Source: a virus
Taxonomy: Duplodnaviria > Caudoviricetes
Strand: one strand, 5' to 3'
DNA: 54,673 nucleotides
Virus record (IMG/VR): IMGVR_UViG_3300009026_000012
Location: 1-54,673 of that record
The translations under genes were made by a program, and so were the position numbers. Within the stretch, counting starts at the first letter, position 1. Each line of letters begins with the position of its first letter. The notes below the pieces were generated by a model. That model had not been told where the DNA came from, ran no database searches, and was given only the letters and a program-made list of their open reading frames with translations. Shown here in pieces: positions 43,039 through 51,465 of the stretch.

Positions 43039-44748
43039 TTACATGCCCACCTCGCGCTCGTCTAGTAAATCTACTACGAGCTCCTCTACGGCTTCTAGGC
43101 TAGACCCGGCCGTCGGCGCATCTTGGGGGGTCTCTGGGGTTGCCACGAATTCTTGCTCGAACTCTCGGAGCTCCCGATCCGCGTCTATAATTAGCTTGTT
43201 CTCCCGCTTTCTTTGCTGCAGCACGGTGGAGAATTTCATGCCTGTAACTTCGCGAGAGGCCCGCGTATATGTAATGAGTTTCCTGTCCAGTAGCTCCCCG
43301 TAGCCTTTGCCCTGCTTAACGATATCCGCCGCCACTTTAATGGCGCCCGCCCAATCTGCAGAAGTCCAAGCCTCGTACACGTAAAAATCCCCCCCAGCGA
43401 CCACGGAGGCCTCAAATTTAGGGGCGCTTACGTCGCCGCGCATAACGCTAGCTATAAGCCATTCTTCGTATACTGGCTGGTTTACGTTTCCGGCTTGCAT
43501 CTCTCGAATAGGCTGCAGGTATATTTTTAACTCGTTAATCTCGGCCTGAGAGGCCGCAAAATTGGCGGTAAAAGCTAATTTTAAGATGGTGGGGGGCAGT
43601 TCGTTAGCCCACGCCATGGCGTGAATTATTGCATTTTCAAAGGTGCCGAACTCTTCGCCCTGCCCGCTGGCGTTATGGAAGTTGGGCTTTTCCCCTTTCT
43701 GGAGGCGCTGCATAACCATGCCGGGTATGTTGCCCACTCTAGTTTGAGCGACTCCGCTAGTATCCGCGCCGGTGTCCTTTAAGGACGACCTCTTCAACGC
43801 TCCCGCAGTATATGGGGCTGTGGGCGGCGTGTTTTCTTCTTGGGATATGAACAGCGCCAGTATGGAGTTAATTAAGGCCTTTCTTTGTGTGCTGTCCCTG
43901 TATCGATCTAGCTCTTTTAGGGACTGGAGGACGAGAGCCAGCATGGGGGTGCCGCGCACGTCTCCGATACGCTGCTCCGTTCCGTACACCAACCAAGAGA
44001 CCCGGCGCCCTGTGCGGGTTGTACATGCGGGGATTCTTTTCACCGTGGTGTCGTCGTCTTGTTTGACCCAGTGCGCCACAACCCGGCCGGAGGAATCCTG
44101 CTCCACTCCGTGCGTTATGGTGTGGCCGGTGGCTAATGTGTCCAGAGCCTCCAGAGGCGTGACCACCTTGTCCGCCCCGATAACTTGTACCATGGGGAGG
44201 CGGGTCTTAGCTGAGTATCGCATGACGACCAAAACGTCGCCCATAATTAGCGCCTCTCGGCGTATCATGCGCTCTAGCTCCATCATGTTGTGCTTTTGGT
44301 AAAAATCTACTAAGGAGGCCTTTTTTGACCACATCCCGTAGAGCTTCTCTACCTTGTCGGACCATTCATATTGCTGATCCTCCGAGAGCCCCAGTATGCT
44401 AATTTCGGGGGTTGCCTCTAATTTTAGCCCGGTGTTGATCTCGTTAGTGATTAAACGCCGTATTAAGCCTCGCGCGTACAGGTTGTCCGTGAACAGCATG
44501 TTAGACCGGGCCCGGAGGGTCTCGTAGTCCATTTCGTACACGTGCGTGTCGCCGAATCCCCCGGGGAACTTCTCGCCGTCCCAACTCCCCGAAAATCCGC
44601 CGCCCGATATCTCGGAGCCGTCGAGGTTTAACCCATACGCGGCAAGCGCGGGGATAAGCACCTCACGCGCGGCGGTCTCTCGGACTGCGTGCATGTCCTC
44701 CGGCGGCGAGCTCTGGCGCTTTTTAAAAGGGTTTAAGGTGAAGTTCAA
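43039..44748 (-). CDS. Portal protein (lambda gpB family)
   Basis: LRARS..L..DN..A.G, GVE.D..GR.VA.W, RGTP.L, NFAAS. Confidence 0.9.
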   Translation of the reverse strand: MNFTLNPFKKRQSSPPEDMHAVRETAAREVLIPALAAYGLNLDGSEISGGGFSGSWDGEKFPGGFGDTHVYEMDYETLRARSNMLFTDNLYARGLIRRLITNEINTGLKLEATPEISILGLSEDQQYEWSDKVEKLYGMWSKKASLVDFYQKHNMMELERMIRREALIMGDVLVVMRYSAKTRLPMVQVIGADKVVTPLEALDTLATGHTITHGVEQDSSGRVVAHWVKQDDDTTVKRIPACTTRTGRRVSWLVYGTEQRIGDVRGTPMLALVLQSLKELDRYRDSTQRKALINSILALFISQEENTPPTAPYTAGALKRSSLKDTGADTSGVAQTRVGNIPGMVMQRLQKGEKPNFHNASGQGEEFGTFENAIIHAMAWANELPPTILKLAFTANFAASQAEINELKIYLQPIREMQAGNVNQPVYEEWLIASVMRGDVSAPKFEASVVAGGDFYVYEAWTSADWAGAIKVAADIVKQGKGYGELLDRKLITYTRASREVTGMKFSTVLQQRKRENKLIIDADRELREFEQEFVATPETPQDAPTAGSSLEAVEELVVDLLDEREVGM

Positions 44749-45008
44749 AAGGCAGGCCCCGCATAGACGACCACATCGGCACCGCCGACGCCACAGCGGG
44801 CCTCTAGCACTGCTATGCGGTTGAGGAGCTTGTCCTCGTAGTCTGTTAAGACTACAAGGTTTTGTTTTGTCACTACCTGCCTGCCTTGGACCGTGTCCAT
44901 GGTGTAGCTCTGCAGGTTGCCCACGATTAGCGCCTCTATTGCGGCGCTTATAGGCGCTAGCCGAGCACGGTATCTTGCGAGCTGGTCTATGTCTGTTTGG
45001 GTTGGCAT
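44745..45008 (-). CDS. Head-to-tail joining protein (gpW-like)
   Basis: Small helical ORF with QSYT..T..G...VT immediately before the portal. Confidence 0.65.
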   Translation of the reverse strand: MPTQTDIDQLARYRARLAPISAAIEALIVGNLQSYTMDTVQGRQVVTKQNLVVLTDYEDKLLNRIAVLEARCGVGGADVVVYAGPAF

Positions 45009-45349
45009 TATAGCTCTATAACCTCAATTTCTACACTACGCTCCAGCACTCCGGCTGTAGCTCCGGAGCCGAAAGCCACGCGATTAGTGAACAGGTACAC
45101 CCCCGGGGGGGCTCCAGCACAAGAGACGCGCACTTGTGTGACTTCGTGGAACACTCCGCCGGAGGCGTTTTTAAAATCCACACTAAAGGCCTCTTCTAGG
45201 GAGGTCCATTCGACCGGCAAGGTCCAAACGCTATCTGTTATTTGCGCGCCGTTTATCTGCGCGTCCCAAACGAAGCGAACCCAGCCGATATCTCTACTAT
45301 CCCACCCCTCACGGAAGCGCGGGACTGTCCGGCCATTGTGAGCGAGCAT
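45008..45349 (-). CDS. Putative fibre adaptor protein
   Basis: F.W.....G..I..S.W...G.Y..TN......LERS..I.V resembles phage fibre-tail adaptor proteins. Confidence 0.5.
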   Translation of the reverse strand: MLAHNGRTVPRFREGWDSRDIGWVRFVWDAQINGAQITDSVWTLPVEWTSLEEAFSVDFKNASGGVFHEVTQVRVSCAGAPPGVYLFTNRVAFGSGATAGVLERSVEIEVIEL

Positions 45350-45711
45350 TAGATCGGATCTCTAAACTCGATATTCCAGCTCGGTATCGTAACCGTACCG
45401 TTGATCGTTAGGGCCTGCAGTGCGCACGTAGTTCCGTGAAGCAAGTCCGTGGCGTCATCTAGCACCAAGTGGGTAGCGTCTCCGCTAGCCGTAATAGGTA
45501 CGTTGGTTTTTATGGGCGTAGACGTTTTGCGCCCTGAGACGTCGCCGTTAGCCTTGGTAAACTCCCCGGAGGCCACTACTACGGAGGCCAAAGTCATGGC
45601 CGCGAGCTCGGACAGGTTCGTCGGTTGCCCGGTGCAAACGCTTAAACGCGTGGCCGTAGCTATTTTGTCTAGTGGCGTGTCTAGCACTACGTCCGCCGTG
45701 AATTTTGCCAT
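45349..45711 (-). CDS. Putative virion structural protein
   Basis: 120-aa beta-rich, SG.ATH..L motif seen in phage fibre-associated proteins; strong RBS. Confidence 0.55.
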   Translation of the reverse strand: MAKFTADVVLDTPLDKIATATRLSVCTGQPTNLSELAAMTLASVVVASGEFTKANGDVSGRKTSTPIKTNVPITASGDATHLVLDDATDLLHGTTCALQALTINGTVTIPSWNIEFRDPI

Positions 45712-45810
45712 AGGGGAATTCCTCTACTTATGTGTGGGTGACGTCGCTAGGCCGCAGCACAATATGCCCCGGAGCTTCGTCGGTGTTTAGTGGTGTGGGT
45801 TTTTCTTCGC

Positions 45811-46728
45811 TCAAAATATGCCCCTTTCTTGTCGGGTTTTCAGCACGTTAACAACGAACTCGCTACGCTCGGACCCTATGTACAGGGTGAAGCCTTCGTC
45901 CAATACATAACTCTCCAGCCCTAGGGCCTCGGCTATCTCACTGTTGTGGGTTACATTTTCGGCCTCCAGAGCGATATTGTAGTTAAGATTCCCTAAAATT
46001 GCATCTTGCACCCAATGCGCGCAGCCGTCAACCACGAGGGTGTAGTTAAACTCTACCGGGGGCAGTGTTACCGGGCCGGCATCCGCCGACACGTGCGCCG
46101 CGTCGTTGGGCACTAAGATATACCCTAACCCCAGCGCGGGGACCGTCACCGAGCGCAATACATGCGCCGCGCCGGAGGGGTTTAGCGTGTTTTGTTGCGT
46201 AAGTGCCGAAGCCTCCGCCGCCGACACGTGCGCCGCGCCGGAGGGGTTTAGCGTGTTTTGTTGCGTAAGTGCCGAAGCCTCCGCCGCCGACACGTGCGCC
46301 GCGCCGGAGGGGGCGAGGGAGTACGTGTCGAAAGTGAGGGCCACCTGAGTGGCGCCCGAATAGTGCGCCGCGCCGTTAGGCCCTAGCACGTAGTTTTGCT
46401 GCACTTCTGAGGTGTCTATGTCCTGCGCGTGGTACGCGTCCTCGCCCGTCAAAGAGAAAGAAACCGTACCTATGAAAACCGGAGCCGCTGCAGATCCGTG
46501 CCACGCCCCGCTAGGCGCTAAAATTTGAGAGGTGAAAAGCCCCACAGGGTCGGCGGTGGCTATGTGCGCCGCGTCGGAAGGGCTTAGCCCAACCACTGCG
46601 GAAAGCGTTGGAGCTTCGGAGGCGGAAGTATGCGCCGCGCCATCGATAACTAGCACCGCGTCCGGGTCCACTTGAGGGTCCCGGAATATCAGCGCCCCAC
46701 CTATCTGCGGGTCGTGAAAAAAGAGCAT
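45811..46728 (-). CDS. Fibre-like protein with ~22-aa LxPxxAAH repeats
   Basis: About 10 degenerate repeats, each with a conserved His. Confidence 0.65.
   Translation of the reverse strand: MLFFHDPQIGGALIFRDPQVDPDAVLVIDGAAHTSASEAPTLSAVVGLSPSDAAHIATADPVGLFTSQILAPSGAWHGSAAAPVFIGTVSFSLTGEDAYHAQDIDTSEVQQNYVLGPNGAAHYSGATQVALTFDTYSLAPSGAAHVSAAEASALTQQNTLNPSGAAHVSAAEASALTQQNTLNPSGAAHVLRSVTVPALGLGYILVPNDAAHVSADAGPVTLPPVEFNYTLVVDGCAHWVQDAILGNLNYNIALEAENVTHNSEIAEALGLESYVLDEGFTLYIGSERSEFVVNVLKTRQERGIF
46163..46312. repeat. 66-bp tandem duplication (~2.3 copies)
   Basis: Units start at 46163, 46229 and 46295; encode PSGAAHVSAAEASALTQQNTLN. Confidence 0.9.
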
Positions 46729-47090
46729 TAAGCCCCCTTAGCAGTGGCCACAATGGCTATGGGGCCGAAGCCTAGACCGTCCGATATCTTACGGCACGAA
46801 ACGTAAGCGGTATCTCCTACGTTCAACGCCGGGACGTCGACCCGCGCGAGTAGTCCGGAGGCGTCGGTATTATGGGAGGCGGAGTAGTATACGCTAGCAC
46901 CTCCGGCGTTCCGGATAGATATCTCTATTCCTGTGGCGCTGGCGTATATCGCACCGCTAACGCTTTGCGAACGGCACACCCCCAGCGTATCAAGGGCGAG
47001 TTCCACGACGGGAGCCCCGCTCGAATAGGGGACGGAGGGGTCCCGCAATAACGTGGCCCCCGACACCCTAGGATTATGAAGATAGGCCAC
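46728..47090 (-). CDS. Small protein sharing domains with both neighbours
   Basis: N-terminus like 45811..46728; C-terminus like the end of 47090..49288. Confidence 0.7.
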   Translation of the reverse strand: MAYLHNPRVSGATLLRDPSVPYSSGAPVVELALDTLGVCRSQSVSGAIYASATGIEISIRNAGGASVYYSASHNTDASGLLARVDVPALNVGDTAYVSCRKISDGLGFGPIAIVATAKGA

Positions 47091-49288
47091 TAGGGGGCGC
47101 TCCCGTTAGTTACTAGCATTTGTATGGGGCCGAACCCCACACCGCTAGAGGTCCTTGCTCCGGACACCCATACGGTATCCCCCACGCTCATAGAGGGCAC
47201 GGGTACGGCGCTCAATCGCCCGGAGCCGTTGGTAGCCGCGACGGCCGAGAAATACAAAACTGCGCCGGCTACGTCCTGCACTGTGATCCTAAGATCTGAG
47301 ATACTGGCAAAAAGTACGCCGCTCGCGTCGTTCTCTCGTAAGGGGTCCAGAGTAGACAGATCAACCACGGGGGTTATGAGCTCCAAGACGTTGACCCCTA
47401 CCGGGTAGTTAACCGCCGCGTTGACGGTGTCGTCGGCTACAAAAGTGACCTCATACACGTTGTCGACGTTGGCGTCTAGGGGCGTGTCGTATACTTTCGC
47501 CGCTAATGTAGTGACCCACAGGTCCCCGGACGGATTGGTCGGAGCCGTGAAGAGTCCCGCGTCTGCCCCGGATAGTGTGGGGGTCTGCCCGTCTAGGTTG
47601 GATATGTTAACGGATACGTTCGCCGCATTGCCCTCGACTACGTCCACCGAAGTGGCGCCGGTTATGATCGGGGCCGCGTTGCCCGCGACGGGCGCTAATA
47701 GCGTGACCGTCATCGTAGGCCCGATAGTGCCGTCCGGCGCTATTAGGTACGTGTCGAATGTCTGGTCCACTGTGACGGCGGGGTCCACTGTGAAAGTGGC
47801 GTCCGCTAGCACATTGACCGCGCCCCCGGTAGAGGTTAACGCGTCGTACACGGCCTGCGTTCCGTCCGTATAGGTCCCAGAGCCACCGCTGTAGAGGAGT
47901 ATAGAGGGGCCCCCATCGATCCAGCCGTCTACGCCCCCCTCCACGGGTTCTATAGTGCTGTTCGTGATCGGGTCGCCTACGCCTCGGGTGAATTTAAAAC
48001 CTAGGTGATAGACCTCCGCCGTGTCTGGGTAGTCGGACCCTGAGACCCATTGCTCTGCGGGGGTTAGCCCGTCCGCTAGGTCGGTAAAATCTTGGTCTGC
48101 GGGCTCCGCGAAAGTGAGCGCCGCCGCCGTCGTTGCGACTGCGTTCTCCGTGAGAACTAAGTCGTACAGGTCTACGCCGTGCTGTAGCGGAACGGTGAGA
48201 GGTACGGCCGCGTCTAAAGTGTACGCGTTGGCCCCGGTGGAAGCCAGATTCGATAATGTTAGAGACACCCCTCCGAAAGTGAGCGAAAAGTCCCCGATAA
48301 CAAGCCCGTCCGCGCTGGCGTCAGATATCACTAAGCCTATAATGTCGGTGCCCCTTGTTAAAGACGCGGGGGCTATCATAGAGATTGTCGCAGGCGCCGC
48401 GCCGAGATCCCAAATAGCGCCGAGGTCCGAACCGTCCAACGCCGCACCAATTACAGGGGCGCCCGCTTTGAGCGTGAAATCCGCCGCAGGGTCGACAAAT
48501 ACGTCCGAAGCCAATAAGTTGAACTGGTTGTTAACCCCGGTTGACCCGGGTATAGAGGCTCCGGAAATCCCGTTATAGTCAGAGGCCGGGTCAAAGTCCT
48601 CTGAGTACATGGATGTGCCAAAAACGAGACTATTCGTCAGTAGAGTGTTGCCCCCACCCCCCGCACGCACATAAGTACAGTCTATAAAGGTCATGTGGTC
48701 GATAGTGCAGACATTAGAGTTACCCTTCCGGTAGCCCCCGGTAGCAGCCTGCTTTAAGCCGACTAAAACCCCGTTGCTTATACTGCCCGCATCAATCTGG
48801 TACACGCCTCCGAGCTCAGGGCGTCCGCCGGGCGTCCAATCCACTATGTGGAAGTTTCGCAGCCCCGATCCTAGGCCGCTCATACTTATAGGCGTCCGTG
48901 TCTGCGTGCCCGCATCTAGCTGTATTCTCAAGTCCTTGGCACCGTTCTCGCCCCTCATTTTTAGGTATGGGCGGGACAAGGTTATCGTAGAGCTGGTAGT
49001 CGCCGCTATCTCCGCTAGGGTGGGGGTGAAGGCGGCCACACGTTTAAAAACTACCGTGATGTTGCCGTCGACATGCGCCGAGCCGCCACCGCCCGAGACA
49101 TTCATCGGGGCGAACGGCGTAGCGTCGTCCTGCTCCGCATAAATAAAGTTCTCCCCGTAGTTGCTGCTGGCTACGTCGAAGTTTGGGTCTATGGCTACAA
49201 TGGCGTTGTAGGCTGCGGTTAGGGTCGCGTATACGTTACCTGAACCCGCGCCCGCCCCGCTGCTTCGTACTATATACTCGACGGCCAT
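47090..49288 (-). CDS. Large adhesin-like protein (beta-helix-like N-terminus, cadherin/Ig-like domain)
   Basis: FVDPAADFTLKAGAP.IGA..DGSDLGA beta-helix cap; N.AP.IT....V.EG...Y..P.D.N.DNVYEV cadherin-like motif. Confidence 0.65.
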   Translation of the reverse strand: MAVEYIVRSSGAGAGSGNVYATLTAAYNAIVAIDPNFDVASSNYGENFIYAEQDDATPFAPMNVSGGGGSAHVDGNITVVFKRVAAFTPTLAEIAATTSSTITLSRPYLKMRGENGAKDLRIQLDAGTQTRTPISMSGLGSGLRNFHIVDWTPGGRPELGGVYQIDAGSISNGVLVGLKQAATGGYRKGNSNVCTIDHMTFIDCTYVRAGGGGNTLLTNSLVFGTSMYSEDFDPASDYNGISGASIPGSTGVNNQFNLLASDVFVDPAADFTLKAGAPVIGAALDGSDLGAIWDLGAAPATISMIAPASLTRGTDIIGLVISDASADGLVIGDFSLTFGGVSLTLSNLASTGANAYTLDAAVPLTVPLQHGVDLYDLVLTENAVATTAAALTFAEPADQDFTDLADGLTPAEQWVSGSDYPDTAEVYHLGFKFTRGVGDPITNSTIEPVEGGVDGWIDGGPSILLYSGGSGTYTDGTQAVYDALTSTGGAVNVLADATFTVDPAVTVDQTFDTYLIAPDGTIGPTMTVTLLAPVAGNAAPIITGATSVDVVEGNAANVSVNISNLDGQTPTLSGADAGLFTAPTNPSGDLWVTTLAAKVYDTPLDANVDNVYEVTFVADDTVNAAVNYPVGVNVLELITPVVDLSTLDPLRENDASGVLFASISDLRITVQDVAGAVLYFSAVAATNGSGRLSAVPVPSMSVGDTVWVSGARTSSGVGFGPIQMLVTNGSAP

Positions 49289-49579
49289 CTAGTTAACCCC
49301 TGCTATTTTGCGGTTTTTGAACATGTCGCGCCCGGCCATATCGTTGACGGCCTTACGCGCTTTTTTAAACTGTCGACGAGCCACCAAGGCGTACACCTCC
49401 GCGCGCAGCTGGTGCGACACCGGATTATTCTTAACAATAGAGTCCACCGCCGTCAGTATCGAGGAGCGGGCTATCTTGTCGTTTTCCTTTCGTTCGCTAT
49501 CTTGGAACTCCGCGAAGTCCTTCGCGTTCTCAATGGCGCGTTTTTGCGCCGCTGTTAGGTATACGTCTGCTTTTTTCAT
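49289..49579 (-). CDS. Small basic hypothetical protein
   Basis: 96-aa ORF in packed operon. Confidence 0.6.
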   Translation of the reverse strand: MKKADVYLTAAQKRAIENAKDFAEFQDSERKENDKIARSSILTAVDSIVKNNPVSHQLRAEVYALVARRQFKKARKAVNDMAGRDMFKNRKIAGVN

Positions 49580-49582
49580 AAT

Positions 49583-51070
49583 TTACGCCGCTACTTGGGC
49601 ATTGCCCCAAGTGTCCCAGTTATCGGGCAACTCGTACACGAACACCTCGGAATGCCCGAGAGTGCCGCCCCAGTTGCTAGAAATGTAAAGCCTGTTCCCG
49701 TGCATATTTACGGCGACGGGGCCCTCATCGCGGTAGCTGCCCGCGTATCGGTTGTTGGTGGACCCTATAGGTATGACCACTTGGCCCGCGCCGGCGATCA
49801 TTTGCATCATAAAGATACCGTCAACCGCGTACCCGGTGTCGTAGGCCGGACTATCTATGTTCGAATACGTACCTAGTAGCGCCCAGCCGGGGCGGGAGGG
49901 AGGCATTTTCCCGTAGTGGAACCCGTTAACCCACCCCTGCTCCGCGTGGCTCCCTATGATTAGGGGGGCCGCGTACGTTGGGCCTGTGCCGTCCGCTGCA
50001 ATAGCGTCCAGCATATCGGTGCGGTTGTTCTGGCTAACAAAGCACAGCTTACCGTCCAGCCTGTAGGCCCATCCGCTATGGGTCTCGCCGACGGATATCT
50101 TAACCGGGGTTGTGGTTGCGTAGTCGAAATCTACGGGCCACGCGTGCGCCCCATCGTACCACGTCCCGATCCACGCTATGCCATTGCCTCCGTAGGCACT
50201 ATCGTCCCACTTGCGGCCGTGGTGCATGATGAACTTAGTACCATCCGGGGACATTTCGACCATGTTAGGCCGATAGGTGAAAGTAGTCCGCCCAACCTCT
50301 CCCGCTAGGTTCGTGCCCGCTAAGTCATCGGGCACCAACGTGTGAACGGTGTCGGTGTACATGTTGTAGTGGATGTATTTATCGACCACGTAGGTGGAGC
50401 CGTTATAGTGCGCCGCCATCCAAGCCCAGTGCCCTGAGTTGTTCGAGCTGTCGCCCTCCACATCGTTATAGATCAACGTAGAGGAGGGGCTAGTCGCCGC
50501 GAAATCTCGGACCAATTCAGGCACGGGCGTGCGTACGTCCGGGATCTTATAAAATCCGGTCCCGTATCGATAATAGGCTGTATAGGGGTAGTTTCCGCTT
50601 AGGTCGAAGCGTACTTCGTGGTTTTCTCCGATGGTCGCGCCGTTCGTGTGCACCAACTGTGCCAAAACGGTGCCGGAGGTGCGGTTCGACACCCATGAGG
50701 AGGCGGAATTGTCGCCAAAGCTAAGAAATAGGTCCCCGTTAGTGTTCTCCGGGGTGTATCTGGAGTAAACAATATAAGCGTTAGACGTGCCCGCGAGCTC
50801 CGAGGCGTCCGTCAATCGGGTAACGCGTACGCCGTTGGACATGACGCGCGTTTCCATCTTGGCCGGAACGCTACCGCCGAGCTCCCAGCTTTGCCGGGTT
50901 TTTCCTACCGCTAGGTTGTTGGTTACTAGCGAATTCGGCGACGCTGGGTACGGCACCTCGGACCCCCCCGTCGGGGGCGGGGTCGCGCCTAGAGGTAGGG
51001 CGCTATTAAATATTAAACCGCTCGCGAAAAGCGCGGTATTTACGGTTTTGACGTTTGGTAGTGTGATCAT
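49583..51070 (-). CDS. Putative beta-propeller protein
   Basis: GVRVTRLTD...YSRY...N.NG, MSPDGTKF, HSGW, VN..GNRL...SNW; OGL/TolB-like blade motifs. Confidence 0.55.
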   Translation of the reverse strand: MITLPNVKTVNTALFASGLIFNSALPLGATPPPTGGSEVPYPASPNSLVTNNLAVGKTRQSWELGGSVPAKMETRVMSNGVRVTRLTDASELAGTSNAYIVYSRYTPENTNGDLFLSFGDNSASSWVSNRTSGTVLAQLVHTNGATIGENHEVRFDLSGNYPYTAYYRYGTGFYKIPDVRTPVPELVRDFAATSPSSTLIYNDVEGDSSNNSGHWAWMAAHYNGSTYVVDKYIHYNMYTDTVHTLVPDDLAGTNLAGEVGRTTFTYRPNMVEMSPDGTKFIMHHGRKWDDSAYGGNGIAWIGTWYDGAHAWPVDFDYATTTPVKISVGETHSGWAYRLDGKLCFVSQNNRTDMLDAIAADGTGPTYAAPLIIGSHAEQGWVNGFHYGKMPPSRPGWALLGTYSNIDSPAYDTGYAVDGIFMMQMIAGAGQVVIPIGSTNNRYAGSYRDEGPVAVNMHGNRLYISSNWGGTLGHSEVFVYELPDNWDTWGNAQVAA

Positions 51071-51423
51071 TTGGAGGACCCTTGGTTCGCGATGCTTCGA
51101 TCTAGCGCGCTCTTTCTTTCGAGTAGCTCTTCTAGGCGCCGCTGTTCGTAGAGTGTTAGTTCTCTTTTGCCTTTGAGCTCTCTTATGTCTGCCTTCACGT
51201 CGCTACGCTCCACCACCCAACTAAGGCGGCTTATGGATTTTCGTATCCCGTCCCGGTCGTGGTCGGCGTCATCTACCCGCGACTCCATTCGCTTTATGTT
51301 GTCTGCTAGAGCGAAATTGCTATAGGGCCACGTGGTGTTGAGTAGCGCAATAATGGAGAGTAGCGCGGTTGCATAGGCCCCCCATTTTAATAGGTTTGGT
51401 GTTCCCGCTGGTTCTGGAGTCAT
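51067..51423 (-). CDS. Single-TM plus coiled-coil protein
   Basis: WGAYATALLSIIALL followed by a charged heptad region. Confidence 0.6.
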   Translation of the reverse strand: MTPEPAGTPNLLKWGAYATALLSIIALLNTTWPYSNFALADNIKRMESRVDDADHDRDGIRKSISRLSWVVERSDVKADIRELKGKRELTLYEQRRLEELLERKSALDRSIANQGSSK

Positions 51424-51465
51424 GCAAGCGCGCCTTATGGAGTTCGGTGTCCTGTAGTCTAGTGG

